Positions 51,096 to 60,476 of a stretch of 64,000 bases of DNA are shown here, piece by piece. The notes under the pieces are model-generated. The model was not told where the DNA came from, did not search any database, and worked only from the letters and a program-made list of their open reading frames with translations. The stretch is from an uncultured Desulfosarcina sp. (GTDB lineage Bacteria > Desulfobacterota > Desulfobacteria > Desulfobacterales > Desulfosarcinaceae). How positions within the stretch are numbered: the stretch's first letter is position 1; the number at the start of each line of letters is the position of its first letter. A program made the position numbers and the translations under genes. Location: positions 1,152,001 to 1,216,000 of the forward strand of contig CAXXWQ010000003.1 in the NCBI GenBank assembly GCA_963674945.2, read 5' to 3'.

Positions 51096-54029
51096 ATGAA
51101 ACGCTGTATCTCACGTTGCTGTTACAAACTCGTGCTGGTTCCCTGGCTTGTGTTCGCCCTGCCATGTATCTCCTTTTCCCAGAGCCACACACCTGAATCC
51201 CTTACCGCCATGATCCGGCAGTTCAAACTCGATCCCAAAGGACCGTACAGCGCCATCGGCTGGTTCTGCCCGGACGGCACCATCCTTGCCGCCCAGCTGC
51301 GTTGCAACGGTCCGGGCGGACACCAGCATGCCGTCTTGAAACCGGCAGTAAAGCAATTGGCCGAAGCCGAAGGGCTCTATTGGGGACAGATACTTGCAGG
51401 GACACCCCATGGGGATTTCCTTGATGTCGAAAGACAATTCGACCGTCTCAAACAGTACCAGATGGAGCGGTATCTTCAACGGGTGGACGACGGATGGATA
51501 CTGCGCCAGGCCCGCTATTATCGCGGCGCCATCCAGTTCGAGGACGAATCCGCCTGGGGCGTCGAATTTTTCAAGGCGATCCTCGCAGACGATCACCTGG
51601 TGACGTCTCAGTTTTTTCTCATGCGTCAATGCGCCAGAGATATTCCCCATTTTGCCGATGACGGAAGGTGGAAGAAAATCCGTGCGGACGCCCAGGCCAT
51701 CGCAGAGGCCGAGCCCTCGTTCACCCCCCTTCGGATCAAGCTTCACGGTCAACCCGACCCCAAAGACACAAATTTGCTGGGACGTTTTCTGGCCGATCAT
51801 GACGACCTGCCTTCTCCTCTCAAAGATAAGATTCGGCAACTGATTCTCGATGTCGACGATGCCTTTGGCACCGGAAGGAATAAGGTGCTGGAAAGCTTCG
51901 CTCCACGACTTTCCAAGGAGAGCGAAAGCCTGCGGATGCTTGCCGATCTTATCAATATCATCGGCTCTTCGAAAACCGGTGAATCAAACGACAGCCGGAG
52001 AATGAGAAGAAAGGAACTGGCCGCACTCCTGGAACAACTCCGTGCGGATATCCTCATACAGGATTCTCCCGTCAAGCGATTGGCCATGTTTGACCTCTCC
52101 ACAACCGTGGAAACGGAATTGTTCATGGAGAGCGTCGCCTGGCATCCCGCCACCGTGAAGGAATTGCTTGAAAAAATCGCACTTCTGACAAAGGCTTGCA
52201 TGGGGGCCGGTTACCTGGAACAGTGGGAGTGGATGCAGGTGGCGCCGTTTCTCGCCGATCCGTCCGGAACCAATCCGATGGATCTGAAGCAGCTGACGGC
52301 CATCGGGGAGACCGCCCGCCGGATAACCGACTGGGGTGCGGCCATGGTGCGGGCCCACTACGCGGCCCTGACGAAGCGGTATCGGGAATTCGAGCCCAAG
52401 GCCGCCGGATTCATGGACGACCGGATCAGGGATTCGCTGCTTTTGCCCCTGGGTGATGCCGTCTCCCGTCTGCATGCATTGATTGCCACGTTGGGCGTCG
52501 GCTCCTCCCGAGTCATGGATCTGACCGACACCTCCGGGATTCGGGGGGTGAATCCGGGTGTCGCCACGGGCACCCTGGTAGTAATGGACAATGCCCTTCT
52601 GGATAGCGCCTGGTCTGCCAGGGATATCGTCGTGATGCGACATGCGCCGCCGGATCTCAAACCGGTGGCCGGTATCGCAACGGTCGGCGAAGGTAACATC
52701 GTCTCCCACGTTCAACTGCTGGCCCGCAACCTGGGCATTCCCAACGCCGTCATCGCCGAAGCCGACTTGGAGCGACTCCGTTCCCACGCCGGAAAAACGG
52801 TGTTTCTTGCCGTCTCTCCGGGGGGAACGGTGGTCATGAAGACGTCCGAAACCATGACTTCGGAGGAAAAATTCTTATTCGAAAGCCGCCGCCCATCCGA
52901 AGAGCGTATCCATGTGCCCATGGATCGAATCGATCTTGAACGGGTCATGCCGGTCCCCCTGGTGGAACTCACAGCATCGGATTCCGGACGTTGGTGCGGT
53001 CCCAAGGCCGCCAACCTGGGTCAACTCAAACACGATTTTCCCGACCATGTGGTCAACGGGTTCGTCATTCCCTTCGGCGTCTTTCGGCGGCATATGGATC
53101 AGACGATGCCGGAAACCGGCATCTCCTATTGGGACTTCTTGCAGCAGACCTTCGTGAACAATCCGGAGAAGAAGTTGGAATCGGCCGGTCGGGAATCCGA
53201 AATTCTGGCACGTCTCGGCTATCTTCGTCAGACAATGAATCGCATGCCCCTCATGCCGGATTTTGTGGAGGCCGTCCGATCCTGTTTCATCGATCTTTTG
53301 GGGGCGCCCATGGGACAGTTGCCGGTGTTCGTGCGTAGCGACACCAACATGGAGGACCTCAAGGACTTTACCGGTGCCGGGCTGAACCTGACCGTCTTCA
53401 ATGTCAGGGACGAAGACCGTATTTTTCAGGCCATCCGGGACGTGTGGGCATCGGCCTATTCCGAACGCAGCTTTCTCTGGCGACAGCGATTGTTGACCAA
53501 TCCGGAAGCCGTCTATCCATCCATCCTCATCATACCCTCCGTAAGGGTCGACAAATCCGGCGTGATCATCACCACCGGTCTCTCCGGCGGCTGCCCGGAC
53601 GATCTTACGGTGGCATTTTGCCGCGGTGCGGGAGGTGCCGTCGAGGGACAGATGGCCGAAACGTACCGGCTGTCACCGGGCGAACGGACGCTGCTGCTCT
53701 CTCCGGCCCGGGAAATCATGTACACCGTGCTGCCCGAAACCGGAGGCGTGGACAAGGCAATGACCGGTTTCGACAAGCCCGTTTTGAGCGAGACGGAACG
53801 GATTGCATTGCATGAGATGGCGCAAACCATCCGGCGGCGACTCGCCGAACCGCATGGCGGCGCAAACGGTCCCTGGGACATCGAGTTGGGTTTTCAGGAC
53901 GGTCGCATCTGGCTGTTTCAGGTCAGGCCGTTCGTGGCGAACAAACTGGCGAAATCAATGACCTATCTGGACAGCCTGGATCCACCCCTGCAGAACCGAA
54001 AAATCGCCATGGATATGGCCTTGCCATGA
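51096..54029 (+). CDS. Exported PPDK/PEP-synthase-family dikinase with glucan-water-dikinase-like domain order
   Basis: Signal peptide, ~480-aa helical N-domain, phospho-His 'VSHVQLLARNLGIPN', then ATP-grasp 'GPKAANL', 'VRSDTNMED..FTGAGL', 'DIELGF' and 'FQVRP'. Confidence 0.8.
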   Translation: MKRCISRCCYKLVLVPWLVFALPCISFSQSHTPESLTAMIRQFKLDPKGPYSAIGWFCPDGTILAAQLRCNGPGGHQHAVLKPAVKQLAEAEGLYWGQILAGTPHGDFLDVERQFDRLKQYQMERYLQRVDDGWILRQARYYRGAIQFEDESAWGVEFFKAILADDHLVTSQFFLMRQCARDIPHFADDGRWKKIRADAQAIAEAEPSFTPLRIKLHGQPDPKDTNLLGRFLADHDDLPSPLKDKIRQLILDVDDAFGTGRNKVLESFAPRLSKESESLRMLADLINIIGSSKTGESNDSRRMRRKELAALLEQLRADILIQDSPVKRLAMFDLSTTVETELFMESVAWHPATVKELLEKIALLTKACMGAGYLEQWEWMQVAPFLADPSGTNPMDLKQLTAIGETARRITDWGAAMVRAHYAALTKRYREFEPKAAGFMDDRIRDSLLLPLGDAVSRLHALIATLGVGSSRVMDLTDTSGIRGVNPGVATGTLVVMDNALLDSAWSARDIVVMRHAPPDLKPVAGIATVGEGNIVSHVQLLARNLGIPNAVIAEADLERLRSHAGKTVFLAVSPGGTVVMKTSETMTSEEKFLFESRRPSEERIHVPMDRIDLERVMPVPLVELTASDSGRWCGPKAANLGQLKHDFPDHVVNGFVIPFGVFRRHMDQTMPETGISYWDFLQQTFVNNPEKKLESAGRESEILARLGYLRQTMNRMPLMPDFVEAVRSCFIDLLGAPMGQLPVFVRSDTNMEDLKDFTGAGLNLTVFNVRDEDRIFQAIRDVWASAYSERSFLWRQRLLTNPEAVYPSILIIPSVRVDKSGVIITTGLSGGCPDDLTVAFCRGAGGAVEGQMAETYRLSPGERTLLLSPAREIMYTVLPETGGVDKAMTGFDKPVLSETERIALHEMAQTIRRRLAEPHGGANGPWDIELGFQDGRIWLFQVRPFVANKLAKSMTYLDSLDPPLQNRKIAMDMALP

Positions 54030-54047
54030 TCCGTCCATGACCCGGAT

Positions 54048-54100
54048 TCGTTGTATTCAAAGACCTGCTTTTGGATATCCGGCCCATGATCGGATATCCA
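54048..54100. repeat. REP-like palindromic element, copy 2
   Basis: tcgttgtattca..tgcttt-tggatatccg-N9-cggatatcca. Confidence 0.6.
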
Positions 54101-54163
54101 GACCGCCTGCTTTGCGGGTGGTCGTTGACCGGACCGGTTGCCAACCTCGAAGGAGTAGATTCC

Positions 54164-55450
54164 ATGGTGCCTGCCTTTTCCATAAATCGATACTTTTGCA
54201 CATTTTGCATTCTCTTTGCCATTTTGGTCGTCGTGGGAAACAAATTCCCGGCACATGCCTACCCCATGGATGGTTACGAGACTACCGGAATTCGCCGACT
54301 GGTCTATCTGCAGCGGGTCCAGAGCGGTCAGATCAACGGTCCCGTAAGGCCCGCCGGCGCCTTGAAGGGCATGGCGGAGATCCGGTTGAATCTGACCGAC
54401 GCCCCAAACAACCTGCTCGATAGATTGCCTTCACCGGATGTCCAACTACAGGCCCGGCTGGAGGCCCTGTTTCCAAACCGGGACGAAAGTTATTCGGTGA
54501 TGGTGCTGGACATCACCCCGGGAAAGCCCTGGCGCCTGGCCGGCCGCCAGGCCGACCGCTCCTTTTCACCGGGAAGCGTCGGAAAACTGGCCATCGCCGC
54601 CGGCATCTTCACGGAACTGGCACGTATTTTTCCCGACGATCCTTCACGGCGTCAGGCCCTGTTAAAAGAGCGCCAGGTGGCCGGCGGCCCCTGGATCCAC
54701 ACCGACAGTCACCCGGTGCCCATCTTCGATCCGGATTCCAATCAACTGACATCGAGACCGGCCGAGGAGACGGATGTCTTCTCTTTATACGAGTGGATGG
54801 ACCACATGCTTTCGGCAAGCGCCAACGCGGCGGCCAGCGTGGTGTGGAAAGAGCTGTTGCTCATGCGTCAATTCGGGCAGAATTATCCGCCGACAATGGA
54901 ATTGGAACGCCGGTTTTTCGATCAAACGCCGAAAGGGTATCTGCGGGACACGGCCATGTCCACGGTCAATGACCCATTGCGGGCCATGGGCATCGACCAG
55001 GCCCAGTGGCAGCTGGGCAGCTTTTTTACCTCGGGAGGGAAAAAACGGGTGCCGTCCGGTGGAAAGAGCTATGCAACGCCCGAAGGGTTGATGCGCTATC
55101 TGGTAGCCATGGAACAGGGCCGGATCGTGGATCCTTGGTCCAGCCTGGAGATCAAACGTCTCATGTACATGACGGCCAAACGGATCCGCTACGCCTCCTC
55201 ACCGGCGCTGAACAATGCGGCGGTGTATTACAAGTCCGGCAGTCTGTACCGCTGCAAGCCCGAACCGAATTTCAAGTGCATGAAATATCATGGGAATGTG
55301 GAAAATGTGATGAATTCCGTGGCAATCGTGGAGCAGCCGGACGGTCGCGTCTACCTGGTGACCCTCATGTCCGACGTGAGATATAAAAACTCCGCCGTGG
55401 AGCACCAGAGCCTGGCCACATTTATCGATGGAATTCTCAAATCACCATAG
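54164..55450 (+). CDS. Exported class-A beta-lactamase-fold serine hydrolase
   Basis: Signal peptide ending AHA; SxxK 'SVGK', SxN 'SAN' and 'KSG'; GAAGGAG RBS. Confidence 0.8.
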   Translation: MVPAFSINRYFCTFCILFAILVVVGNKFPAHAYPMDGYETTGIRRLVYLQRVQSGQINGPVRPAGALKGMAEIRLNLTDAPNNLLDRLPSPDVQLQARLEALFPNRDESYSVMVLDITPGKPWRLAGRQADRSFSPGSVGKLAIAAGIFTELARIFPDDPSRRQALLKERQVAGGPWIHTDSHPVPIFDPDSNQLTSRPAEETDVFSLYEWMDHMLSASANAAASVVWKELLLMRQFGQNYPPTMELERRFFDQTPKGYLRDTAMSTVNDPLRAMGIDQAQWQLGSFFTSGGKKRVPSGGKSYATPEGLMRYLVAMEQGRIVDPWSSLEIKRLMYMTAKRIRYASSPALNNAAVYYKSGSLYRCKPEPNFKCMKYHGNVENVMNSVAIVEQPDGRVYLVTLMSDVRYKNSAVEHQSLATFIDGILKSP

Positions 55451-55458
55451 ATAGCGGC

Positions 55459-58287
55459 TTACGCAATGTAGCCGAATTTTCTCAGCAGCCGACCGGCGAC
55501 AATTCGAACCGGGGGATGGGCAACGGCCATCAGTTCGGCGACAAGACCGGCATACGCATCGGATTGGAGTCGTTCGATGAGGGAAAGGGCCGTAAGTTGA
55601 AGATCTGCATCGGACTCCGGAAGCATCTGGGAAAAGGCATCGAGTTGCGAAGGGACCTGACCACCGACCCGTAAAATGGTTTGTTCGATCAGAGGGTTCA
55701 CCAACGCCGTTTCCACGATGGGAATCAAGGTATGCTTCAGATCGGCTTCCAGGAGATTGTCCAGAAACTCCACGGCATTGGCGCGAAGGTCTGGCTGGTC
55801 GCTCACCACGCCGTTATAAGCCCGGGAAATATCCCCGATGGGATATTTTAATCCCAATAGTCTGAATATCCGATCCAGGTTGACATCCAGCCTCTTTTCG
55901 ATTTTTCGGGCCAGTTCAAGGCGCAGGTGGTGAAGTGCCGGATCAGACGCCGACGAGACGTTTGTCTGATGATACAATGCGGCCAGCATGTGGATATGGC
56001 ATCGAGCTTCTTGTAAAATCGCGTGAACCACTGCTTGATGGTCGAATCGAAGATCCCTGTTATGGATGCGCATATGATAGAGAACGCGGATGATTTCGTG
56101 CCGGATACATGGATCCGTTTGATTCAGATTGTCGAGCAGCACCGCCGCGGCGGCCTGGGAGTCGAATGATTCCAGGACGTCCGGGACCAGGCACCGAATC
56201 TCATGGTCCACCAGCGGATTGGCCAGACAGTTGGCCAGCAGCGGATAGATTTCGGGACCGAACTGCCGTAAGGCTTCGCCGCAATGGCCCTTCAGATCCG
56301 GTATCTTGATTGTTTCGAGGATCATCGGCACAAAGGATTCGTGGCGGGTCTCGCCTGCTGCTTTGACGGCCGCCTTGACGACATCGGAAGCCGTATCGTG
56401 CAAAAAAACGTGTAAATAGGGAAACAGCGAGGGAATGTTGGCGGCACCGATGGCGGCAACACAGATGCGCTTTTGTACCACTGTTTGATCGGGGTTCTTC
56501 TCCAGGCAAATCTGTTTGAGCAGGCCGCCGATGACATCATGGACCCGCAAGGATTCCCGTAATCGATGATTTCGCCGGCTCTCCCTGGCGGCGCAGATCA
56601 GGGCGCCGCCGCTGATGGCCATGTCAGGGCTCTTCATGAATTCCCCCAGCATGGTCTGCCGGTTCTTGCCTCCATGCCGGAAGAGGTAGTGCATGGCTTC
56701 GGTCAAAACAGCGATGTCGCTTTCGGCACCATTATCGGCGACCAATTGGCGGACCGCCGTTTGGATCCTTTGGTCATGGTACGAATAGCCGCATTTGAGC
56801 GCCTCCAATCGGACTTCGGCAGACGGATGGCCGACCAGACGGCAAAGGCTGGGCACCAGCCGTTTGTTATGGAAATTTCGGATCATCTTCAATGTCAGAA
56901 GGATCTGCTCGACATTGTCGCCGTCCAGGACCCGGATGATGTCGCCGACGATGGAGGCGTTGGGGAGAAGTGGCGGGGCTGCCGGTTCATCCGTTTCATT
57001 TTTCTCGGTCAGCGAGAAGAGAAACGCTTCGATATAAGCCTTTCTGATCTTCGTGATGAGAAAGCACCAGAGGCCGACCAGAACGATGGTTAAAATGGCG
57101 GCCGGTCTCACCGAAAGGCCGTACAGGGCGGATATGGCCAAAAGCAGAAGGCCGCCAATACCGGTGGCCGTGCTGTCCACGATGACATCGATGAAGGTCT
57201 TGGCCTGGTTTTTGATTTCCCTGGGGACCGGTAGCATGATCAGTTCCAGGGCGGCCTTGTTGACTGAATTTTTTAGGCTGCCGTCTCCCACCTTGATAAA
57301 GATCGCCGCCCACAAGGCTGGCTGAATGAGAATCAAAACAGCCCCGACGGCAATGGTCATGGGCAGGAAAAAGAGGGAGACACCCACACCGATCATTCCC
57401 ACCACGCGGCGGGTGACGAAGACCTGAATTACCAGGGAGAACAAGTTCAGGGTGGAGAGCCAGAAGCCGAAAAAGGCGGCCAACTGGTCGGCTTCTGGGA
57501 TCTGTGACGTGGCCACCACACTGAATTGGTACTCCACCAGTTTGGCCACGATCACGCTCAGCCCAATGATTCCGGCAAGAAGGCTCAGGTGACGGGAACG
57601 GGCGATGGCCACCAGAGGATGATGGGGTTCCTTGACGGCCTGCTCCTGTTGCCGGATGCGCTGAAGATGCTGGTCGTCGATGGTGTTTTGATAGAGGCGC
57701 TTTGCCAATAGAATGCAGGTGGACAGGCAGCCGGCGCCGACGAGGATCAAGTTTTCGCTTCCCACCCAATGGGCCAGCACATTGGTCAGATACCCGCCGA
57801 AAATTCCTCCTGCAATGGCACCGGCACCGACCACGCTGAACAGGCGGCGGGCTTCCCGGGGGTTGAAGATGGTGTTGGCCAGAATCCAGAACTGGGAAAC
57901 GATGATCAGTCCGGTGATGGCGGTCCAGATGTAGAGGATGAAAACCGTGTAGGACCTGAGGGAAATCGTCAGCAGCCCCGCCCACATGAGCGTCATGGCG
58001 AAAATGGAGGCCTGCAAGGTCCTTATGATCAGCCGGAAAAAATCGATGCGGTGCAACCATTTCGAATACAATGAGAGTGCCGCGGCGGCAAATACGGACA
58101 CGGCAATGAAGGCAAAGGGAAGACGCCCCGCCCCGAAAGTGGAGAGAAAAAGGGCGTTGGTCACCGGCTTGACGATCATCAAGGTGGTGATCACCAAAAA
58201 GATATAGGCGAACATGAGGGAGACCCGCAATCCCTCGCCCTGGCGGATATCCATGGACCTGCCGATCCAGTTTTTATCGATGCGCAT
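55459..58287 (-). CDS. NTT/TLC-type (Npt1/Npt2-like) nucleotide translocase fused to HEAT repeats
   Basis: ~12 TM domain with 'IVKP', 'SQFW..AN..F.PREARRLF', 'EYQF' and 'ELIMLPVP...K..AKTFID', followed by ~500 aa of HEAT-like repeats. Confidence 0.82.
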   Translation of the reverse strand: MRIDKNWIGRSMDIRQGEGLRVSLMFAYIFLVITTLMIVKPVTNALFLSTFGAGRLPFAFIAVSVFAAAALSLYSKWLHRIDFFRLIIRTLQASIFAMTLMWAGLLTISLRSYTVFILYIWTAITGLIIVSQFWILANTIFNPREARRLFSVVGAGAIAGGIFGGYLTNVLAHWVGSENLILVGAGCLSTCILLAKRLYQNTIDDQHLQRIRQQEQAVKEPHHPLVAIARSRHLSLLAGIIGLSVIVAKLVEYQFSVVATSQIPEADQLAAFFGFWLSTLNLFSLVIQVFVTRRVVGMIGVGVSLFFLPMTIAVGAVLILIQPALWAAIFIKVGDGSLKNSVNKAALELIMLPVPREIKNQAKTFIDVIVDSTATGIGGLLLLAISALYGLSVRPAAILTIVLVGLWCFLITKIRKAYIEAFLFSLTEKNETDEPAAPPLLPNASIVGDIIRVLDGDNVEQILLTLKMIRNFHNKRLVPSLCRLVGHPSAEVRLEALKCGYSYHDQRIQTAVRQLVADNGAESDIAVLTEAMHYLFRHGGKNRQTMLGEFMKSPDMAISGGALICAARESRRNHRLRESLRVHDVIGGLLKQICLEKNPDQTVVQKRICVAAIGAANIPSLFPYLHVFLHDTASDVVKAAVKAAGETRHESFVPMILETIKIPDLKGHCGEALRQFGPEIYPLLANCLANPLVDHEIRCLVPDVLESFDSQAAAAVLLDNLNQTDPCIRHEIIRVLYHMRIHNRDLRFDHQAVVHAILQEARCHIHMLAALYHQTNVSSASDPALHHLRLELARKIEKRLDVNLDRIFRLLGLKYPIGDISRAYNGVVSDQPDLRANAVEFLDNLLEADLKHTLIPIVETALVNPLIEQTILRVGGQVPSQLDAFSQMLPESDADLQLTALSLIERLQSDAYAGLVAELMAVAHPPVRIVAGRLLRKFGYIA

Positions 58288-58372
58288 GTGTCCGATTTTC
58301 CTGTCGCTGGTAAGGGTGGGGAATATTATCCGGCAAAGCAATTTCAGCGCACACACTGCTACCAGATGAAAT

Positions 58373-58642
58373 TCACAATGAATAACTCCGGTAATAATCC
58401 CCCCCGCCCTTGACCTTCAGATTGATGGCGACGGTGGACAGCGAAACACTGGTCAGCACGGAGATGAGGCTGGCGATGCCGATGATCACCAGCGCGCGGG
58501 CCAGGCCGGCACTGCCCACCACATATCCGGTTCGCAGGAAAAGGATGATTCCCAGGATGGTTAATATGCTCGGTGTGAAAACACCTGTAAAAGTACTCAG
58601 GGTGCCGGTGGTACTGTTACCATTCGTATTTTTTTCGTCCAT
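58373..58642 (-). pseudogene. Cation-chloride cotransporter (SLC12)-like permease, N-terminal stub
   Basis: 'TFTGVFTPSILTILGIILFLR' and 'KGGGDYY', then a premature end. Confidence 0.8.
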
Positions 58643-58704
58643 AACATCACCAGTTAAAAATCACGCTCTATTGTAAAATGAACCGTTGACTCCGTTGTTT
58701 AGAA

Positions 58705-60420
58705 TCATTCCGTGATTTTCTTTTTTTTCTCTTCCATGATTTCCTTGGTATCCAAGGCGCGGTCGAAATTATTGATTTGCTCATGGGTAAGCAGCAGATC
58801 TTTCATGCCGTAGATCTGCATCCGGCAAGATTGCGTGAACAACCGGTTTACCAAAAGAAGAGATGCGATTTCCATCTCCTGTACTTTTTCCTCGGCCACG
58901 GCGGCGAGGGTGTTTTGAATAAAACGTTTATCGGCCTCTTCGATATGCACGAAAACCGTCAACAGACTCCGGTACTGGCCTTCCTTATCCGTCATGGCCA
59001 GAATCCGGCCCATATTGTGGTAAAGTTCCACCAGGCGTTTGCGAAATAATTTATACTGGGTATTCAGATAAACATTGTCCGAACCGTCGAACTCATCCAT
59101 GTTATGCCTCACGCCTTTAAAATTTTTAATTGAATTCATCATGTTACGCGAGGCATAGATCAATCGCTCCATCTCCTTGGTTTCCGTTTCCGTTACCTTT
59201 TGGACCTGTACTTTCGAATAAAATGTAAAGATGGCGGCATGTAATAGTTTGATACTCTCATAGAGTTCTTCAAGTGTATATTTCTTCTTCCTATTGTTTT
59301 CAAACGGCAAGTCCGTGTCGAATATCAGTTTTTCATCTATTCGCAGCAATCGGAGATTGTAGAGCTGGCATTCCTGCAGCAGATGACCGATTTCTTTTCG
59401 CAGCGCGGCAATCGCCGCATCGGTGATTTCGGGAGGCGTCTGGTCAAGATATACGGTCAGAATGGTTTTGTGATCCGGATAGATCCGCGTGAGCAATCGG
59501 GAAAAGAAACTCAGAAAGGGAAAAAACAGCAGTACGCCCAGCATATTGAAAAGCGTGTGGAAGAGTGCCAGTCCCATCAGGCTGTCGGATTGAATGCCCA
59601 CGAACCACCCGATTATCCTTACAAAAACAGGAAGTCCGATAAAAGCAACCGCGCCGGTGGCGGTATTGAACACCAAATGGCTTAGGCTGACTCTTTTTTT
59701 TACGGGTACTCCGCCGATGGCTCCGAGCAAAACGGTTATGGTGGTACCGATGTTGGCTCCAATGACCATAACCGCGCCGATTTCGAAGGTTATCAGCCCA
59801 CTGTGTAGCGCAGTCAATACAATGGCGATGGTGGCGGCACTGGCCTGCATCAAAGCAGTAAAAAAAGTGCCGGCCAACAGGTAAAACCAGAGCCCGTAGT
59901 CGGGCAATTGATCCAGGCTGAAGGTTTTTGCAAAGGTCTCCACGCTGCCTTTCATGAAATCCAAACCCAGAAATAGAAAACCGAAACCGATGAACAACCT
60001 CGTAACGAGAAACGGTTTGGAAGAGGGTCTGAAAAGAATCAGGCCGACGGCCCCCAATCCGATAAACGGCAGCGCCATGCTCTCGATTTTAATCTTGAAG
60101 CCAATGGTGGCGATTATCCAGGCGGTCAGGGTCGTGCCGATGTTGGAACCCATGATCACGCCGATGGCGTTTTCCATGTTCATGACGCCGGCTCCCACAA
60201 ACGCGAGTACCATGAGCGAAACCGCCGAACTGCTTTGTAGCAGCGCGGTGACAAGGGTTCCGCTGCCGATGGCCCGCAGTCTGCCGTCCGTGTAGGTCCG
60301 GATGATGCGCCTGAAAGCCCTGCCGGATAATAATTTGACCGACTCCTCGATTAAAAACATGCCGAACAGAAATATACCGAGTCCGGCCAGCATTTTCCAA
60401 AAATCGAAATCAGCCGTCAT
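58705..60420 (-). CDS. Na/Pi cotransporter family protein
   Basis: 'LQSSSA', 'GSNIGTT' and 'GANIGTT' repeats. Confidence 0.9.
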   Translation of the reverse strand: MTADFDFWKMLAGLGIFLFGMFLIEESVKLLSGRAFRRIIRTYTDGRLRAIGSGTLVTALLQSSSAVSLMVLAFVGAGVMNMENAIGVIMGSNIGTTLTAWIIATIGFKIKIESMALPFIGLGAVGLILFRPSSKPFLVTRLFIGFGFLFLGLDFMKGSVETFAKTFSLDQLPDYGLWFYLLAGTFFTALMQASAATIAIVLTALHSGLITFEIGAVMVIGANIGTTITVLLGAIGGVPVKKRVSLSHLVFNTATGAVAFIGLPVFVRIIGWFVGIQSDSLMGLALFHTLFNMLGVLLFFPFLSFFSRLLTRIYPDHKTILTVYLDQTPPEITDAAIAALRKEIGHLLQECQLYNLRLLRIDEKLIFDTDLPFENNRKKKYTLEELYESIKLLHAAIFTFYSKVQVQKVTETETKEMERLIYASRNMMNSIKNFKGVRHNMDEFDGSDNVYLNTQYKLFRKRLVELYHNMGRILAMTDKEGQYRSLLTVFVHIEEADKRFIQNTLAAVAEEKVQEMEIASLLLVNRLFTQSCRMQIYGMKDLLLTHEQINNFDRALDTKEIMEEKKKKITE

Positions 60421-60476
60421 ATTGGTACCTGCCGATCCGGTTTACATCGATTCTCATACGTCCGATTTTCCTGCCG

